Source of the DNA: the human T2T-CHM13v2.0 reference genome, Homo sapiens
Assembly: GCF_009914755.1 (NCBI RefSeq)
Contig: NC_060940.1
Direction: 5' to 3' (one strand)
DNA length: 64,000 nt
Shown: piece after piece, positions 59,420 through 64,000 of the stretch
Layout of the letters: each line of letters starts with the position of its first letter
Position numbering within the stretch: position 1 is the stretch's first letter
Made by a program: the position numbers and the translations under genes
The notes under the pieces: model-generated
What the model was told of the DNA's origin: nothing
Database searches by the model: none
The model's input: only the letters and a program-made list of their open reading frames with translations

Positions 59420-60115
59420 TCTATTGTGGTTTTAATCACATTGATATCAAGCATTTACTTCTTTTTCAGAAAATTACGTTAAACTGTGAAAAACATGAAC
59501 TTGAGGAGAAGTATTAGCACTGGAAAATATGGAAAAGTTATGAAAATTACTGTGAAAATAAGTTCAGGGTCTCCTGAGGCAGTGGCTTTAAAGAGGATGC
59601 CTGGGGAGAGGGGGAAGGAGTCTCAGGAGCCAAGTGGGATCTGCAGACTCCCAGGACCAGGAGAACGCAGCACCTGGGGCAACTACCTAGAAGATGGCGA
59701 TGGAAGCCAAAAAGTTCAGGTTTCAGCTAACCAGAAAGAAGCTAATTTCTGAGGGTGAGCAAACTTCTCCAGCAGCTGCCTCCAAGTCTGCAGGGAGCTG
59801 AGTTCCACCAGGGGCTGAGGGAGAGCAAGGTTGGTGGGGAGACTGGCCATGAGGGATTGGCCTGCTGGGTGGGGTCTGGAGAGGGGTGGGGCGACCCTGG
59901 AGAGGGGCATGGCCTGTGAAACGCAGGCAGAGTCTCTCGCCCACTGGTCAGACGCTCTCTCCTCCCAACAGACTCCAGTCCCAAGGGGCCATTTGGGTGG
60001 TTAGGGGTCTGGAGGACCTGCCTACTTCACCTACTCAAGCCTGTTGCAGAATTCAAGGCAGAAGCCCAGAACTGTGAGTGAGCTGACACTGAATGCTGAC
60101 ATGTTTTCTTCTTAA

Positions 60116-60478
<363 letters not shown>

Positions 60479-60714
60479 TGAAAACTAGAATGTCACCTGC
60501 TGAACCCTGCAGTGTGCCGTTACACTTGGACTTCACTTGAACCCAATTTCATTTCCATTTCTGTCGCCATTCATCTGGGAGATGGTATGCAGCCCTCTTT
60601 GCATACACTCGCTTTGAAAAATTTCTTTGATGTTTCCATTCTTCCATTTAATTTTTAATATCAGTAACTAATAATTTCTAACAGCTTTGTTTTTAAATTT
60701 CTCCTTTATAAAAG

Positions 60715-61372
60715 TTGTTTTATTTATTTCTAATTAACAAATAAAAATTGTATATATTTAGGGTGTACAATATCATTTTTTTTTGAAGTATACGTGATTT
60801 TGGGATTGGCTAAATCAAGCTAGTTAACATATCCATTAACTCACTGTTTATTTGTGTGTATGTGCATGTTTGGTGAGAAGTCTTAATATTCATTCTGTTT
60901 TAGCTTTATGGCTTTTCAAGTATACAATGCTTTCTTATTACCTATACTCAACATGTTGTAAAATAGATCTCTGGAATTTATCGTGCTTGTCCAAGTGAAA
61001 TATTGTATCTGACCAACATCTCCTCAATCCTCCACATCCTCTCCAGCCTCTAGTAACCACCATTATACTCTCTGTTTCTATGAAGTTGACCTTTTAGATT
61101 CCACATCTAAATGAGATCATGCAGTATTTGTCTTTCTGTGTCTGGTTTATTTTCATTAACTTCATGTCTTCCAGGTTCACCCACATTGTCTCAAATGACA
61201 CGATTTCCTTTTTCATGGCAAAATAATATTTCCTTACTTATATATAACATATTTTCTTCATTCATCCGCTGATGGACACTGAGATTGATTACATGACTTG
61301 GCTATTGAGAATAATGTTGCAATAAACAGGGATGTGCAGATATCTCTTCAACATACTGATCTCATTTCACTT
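60715..61372 (-). mobile_element. L1MA 3' end
   Basis: AAATAAAAATTGTATATATTTAGGGTGTACAA; TTTTAGATTCCACATCTAAATGAGATCATGCAGTATTTGTCTTTCTGTG. Confidence 0.88.
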
Positions 61373-63664
61373 CTAAAATACCAGTTTCTCCAACTTATAA
61401 GGTTTTTGAAATATAAAATATTTAGCCTTAAGTGGATTTAAATTTTGGATGGTAAATTTCTTTTGGACAAAGAAGCTGAAACATCTCTGATGTTTATATA
61501 GAGGATAGAAGGGAAGTCAGCCCTGCTTACCTCTCCATGCCTCCAGGGTCGAATTTACTTCTCCTGAGCTCAGCGCACTCCACTCAGACCTGCTGAGAAG
61601 TGGAACCAGAGGAAGAAGCCAAGGCTGTTCACCATTTGAAGGACAAGATATAATGATATCTAACCTCCCCATTGGTTTTCCTTAAACCCTTTCTCTCCTT
61701 ATGTAGGAATTGAGTGATGTTGCTCTGCCTGTGTAAATCATCAACCTCCAATCACCTTCTCCATCTGCATTCAGATTTATCCATAGTGTATCTTCCTGGA
61801 GTCTCCAGATCAAATGAAGTGATTCTTTCTGAGCCTACGTGGGGTACTTATTAATAGTTGTAACTTCCCAAGCTGAGAAGCTGAATCTGTAATACAGGTG
61901 TCTGAGTAAACCAAGGTCTTTCTACCCACCATATGGGTCTGTTTCCTTGGCTGGGAATTAGGTCTGTTGAGAAGTGAGGAGTGAGAAGAGTGACAGTTAA
62001 TTTAGGTATAATTTCTTCAATTTATGTTTTCCTCATTATGATTACTATGAAAAAAAGAGACTCCAGGCATTTGTTAAAAATAACTGCCTCACAAAGCTAG
62101 TCTCTTTTTCAGCAGAAACTGCACACCTGTGGAAGTACAATGGTTGTAGGATGGAGTTTCATGAGGTTCACACAGATGCCCTGAGGAGAAGGTGACCACA
62201 TTAACATGGAGTGCAGAGTGTATCAGGGAGGCTGGGCCCACTTCTTCACCGGGAGTGACCCTTTCTTTCTCAGTGGGCCCTCTGTGTTCTTGTCACCATC
62301 AAGTGTCTGAGTGTTTTGACATCTTAGGAGCCTCCAGCTTGAAAGAAGAAATGGGCTGGATCTCCAGTGTGAGTCATACTAGGGAGCCATTGTGGAATAA
62401 GTGAGAGTATGTGTGGGAGGGACACTGCAGTAAAAAGAATAAACCCTAGCAAAATGCAAACACTCCTGGTAATGAAAGGAAGTAAGAACAATATAAAGAA
62501 TTTTCTCAGATATTTCTACAAACATGTGCAAACTGATTTTGCTCCTGGCCCAGTCTGGGGTTAGACAGCATGGGTGGAGGAAGGGAGGAGGTCCAGACCC
62601 CTGGAGGTTGGGCCTGCAGGTCACTCAAGAGGGAAATCCTTGGGTCAGAGCTCTGAGAGATGCCTTGGTAGTGTCTGGACAGGAGGCCTTCACTGACCAT
62701 CTGTAGGCCCTGGTTGTGTAGCACCCCCTCATCCACATTCACCCTGAGTCAGCACTGGCCCTTGGTAACTGCATGATGCATCTGCCGCTGACCAGAAGAG
62801 AGAGAAATGGCCCTGTTGAACATGTTTGGCCAAGCTCCCACATGAAACTCTGCAAAGACAGGGAGTGGTAGCCAGTCCTGGAAGCATCAGCACCTTGCCT
62901 GGCTGTCATTGCTACTGCTACTGTTCAGACTTCACCCAGGAGGAAATGAGCTCAGAGTGCAAGGGCTCTGGATGAACATCAAGGTAGATGGGCACCACCC
63001 CAGCACTCACTTTTCACCCTGCCAGCCGTGACCTGGGGTGTGAACATCACAGGCAGCCCAGGTTTCTACCTTCCCAACAATCTCCTCCTGTCCAGGGTAT
63101 GTCAATTTCTCATGCCCCCACTCTCCCACTTCCCTGCCTTCACACCCAGTGTGTGGCTGCCCCAGTGGGATCAGAGTGGTAGCTTTGTCTAGCTTGGCCT
63201 ACCCTGGGCTGCCCCATGTTACTTTAGAGTCCTTCCAGGAAAATGCCTGAAGTTAGGTGTAAGGGCTGAGCAAACATTTGCAGAGTCAGAAAAGCCTCAC
63301 ACTCTAGGGTGTTCTAAGGCCTGAGCTGCAGGAAGTCAGGATACTGCAGAAGAACATTTGGCCATCTCAGATATCACTGAACAGGTGAGCTGGGTGGTGG
63401 GGAGTGGGGGGCTGCCTCTAGAATGTGTTTTTTTTGGATACTAGGGTTCTAAGTTCTCTTGGGGTTTATTGTCAAGTGAGATCACTTCTTTGGGTCCTCT
63501 TACCTGGACTTCCTCCTCAGATGAGACTTCCCCAAGAACCCCTCCCTGTTGCTGACTGCTCACCATCCACCCACATTCCATGTTACACCTGCACACCGTC
63601 ACAACAATACAGCCCATTCTGCAGCCCCTGGGCAAAGCTTGGGTGCAGCCAGGGCCTCGTTTTG

Positions 63665-63765
63665 AGGAGGCAGAGCTTGGCTTGGACCTAGATTCTTCTT
63701 TCCAATTCTGTGACTCTGGACAAGTCATTGTGCCTCTTAGGAACTCTCTAGTCTCCCAACCTGCT
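63665..63765 (+). mobile_element. MIR fragment
   Basis: CTGTGACTCTGGACAAGTCATTGTGCCTCT resembles the MIR core. Confidence 0.5.
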
Positions 63766-64000
63766 CATTCTAGCATCTGCTTCCTAGGGATGGCATCAGG
63801 TGTATGTACCTACAAATACCTGCAATACCTATGCAACCCGTGGGCTGGCATCACATTTGCCAATGTACATAGTTAAAGATGGAAAAAATTACAAAAAAAG
63901 TTTGACTTACCATAGAATATAACATATTCTGGGTTCTGATTTGTGATGCTGGGAAAGTCACTTTTCCTCTTAGCATGGTATCTTAGTATGCACCATGTGA

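Noticed and set aside
59486-60077. Cluster of overlapping short ORFs, a YY1-like AAGATGGCG and a G-run tract at 59867-59891
   Set aside because: Expected in GC-richer DNA; no CpG island or recognisable protein; motif matches are partial

Overview
Primate (human-like) non-genic DNA, AT-rich and mostly transposon-derived: L1 of many ages, Alu, MaLR/ERV1/ERVK LTR elements, Tigger/MER44 DNA transposons, L2 and MIR. I see no intact protein-coding gene. Two host-gene relics lie about 4.3 kb apart on the minus strand. One is a vomeronasal type-1 receptor (V1R/VN1R) pseudogene at 36764-37703. The other is a 3'-truncated short histone H2A (H2A.L-like) pseudogene at 32246-32480, with an MST LTR inserted 13 bp upstream of its decayed start codon. 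Other notable structures: an internally deleted HERV-K(HML-5)/LTR22 provirus with a gag-env junction and a duplicated PBS-like motif, a ~320 bp inverted duplication in ERV1 internal sequence, and a 10.6 kb nested L1 stack (L1PA13-like host carrying L1PA3-like, THE1, AluY and L1PA4/5-like insertions). I found no evidence for a new functional system; the findings are mostly evolutionary relics. Repeat subfamily names come from remembered consensus sequences and need RepeatMasker/Dfam confirmation.
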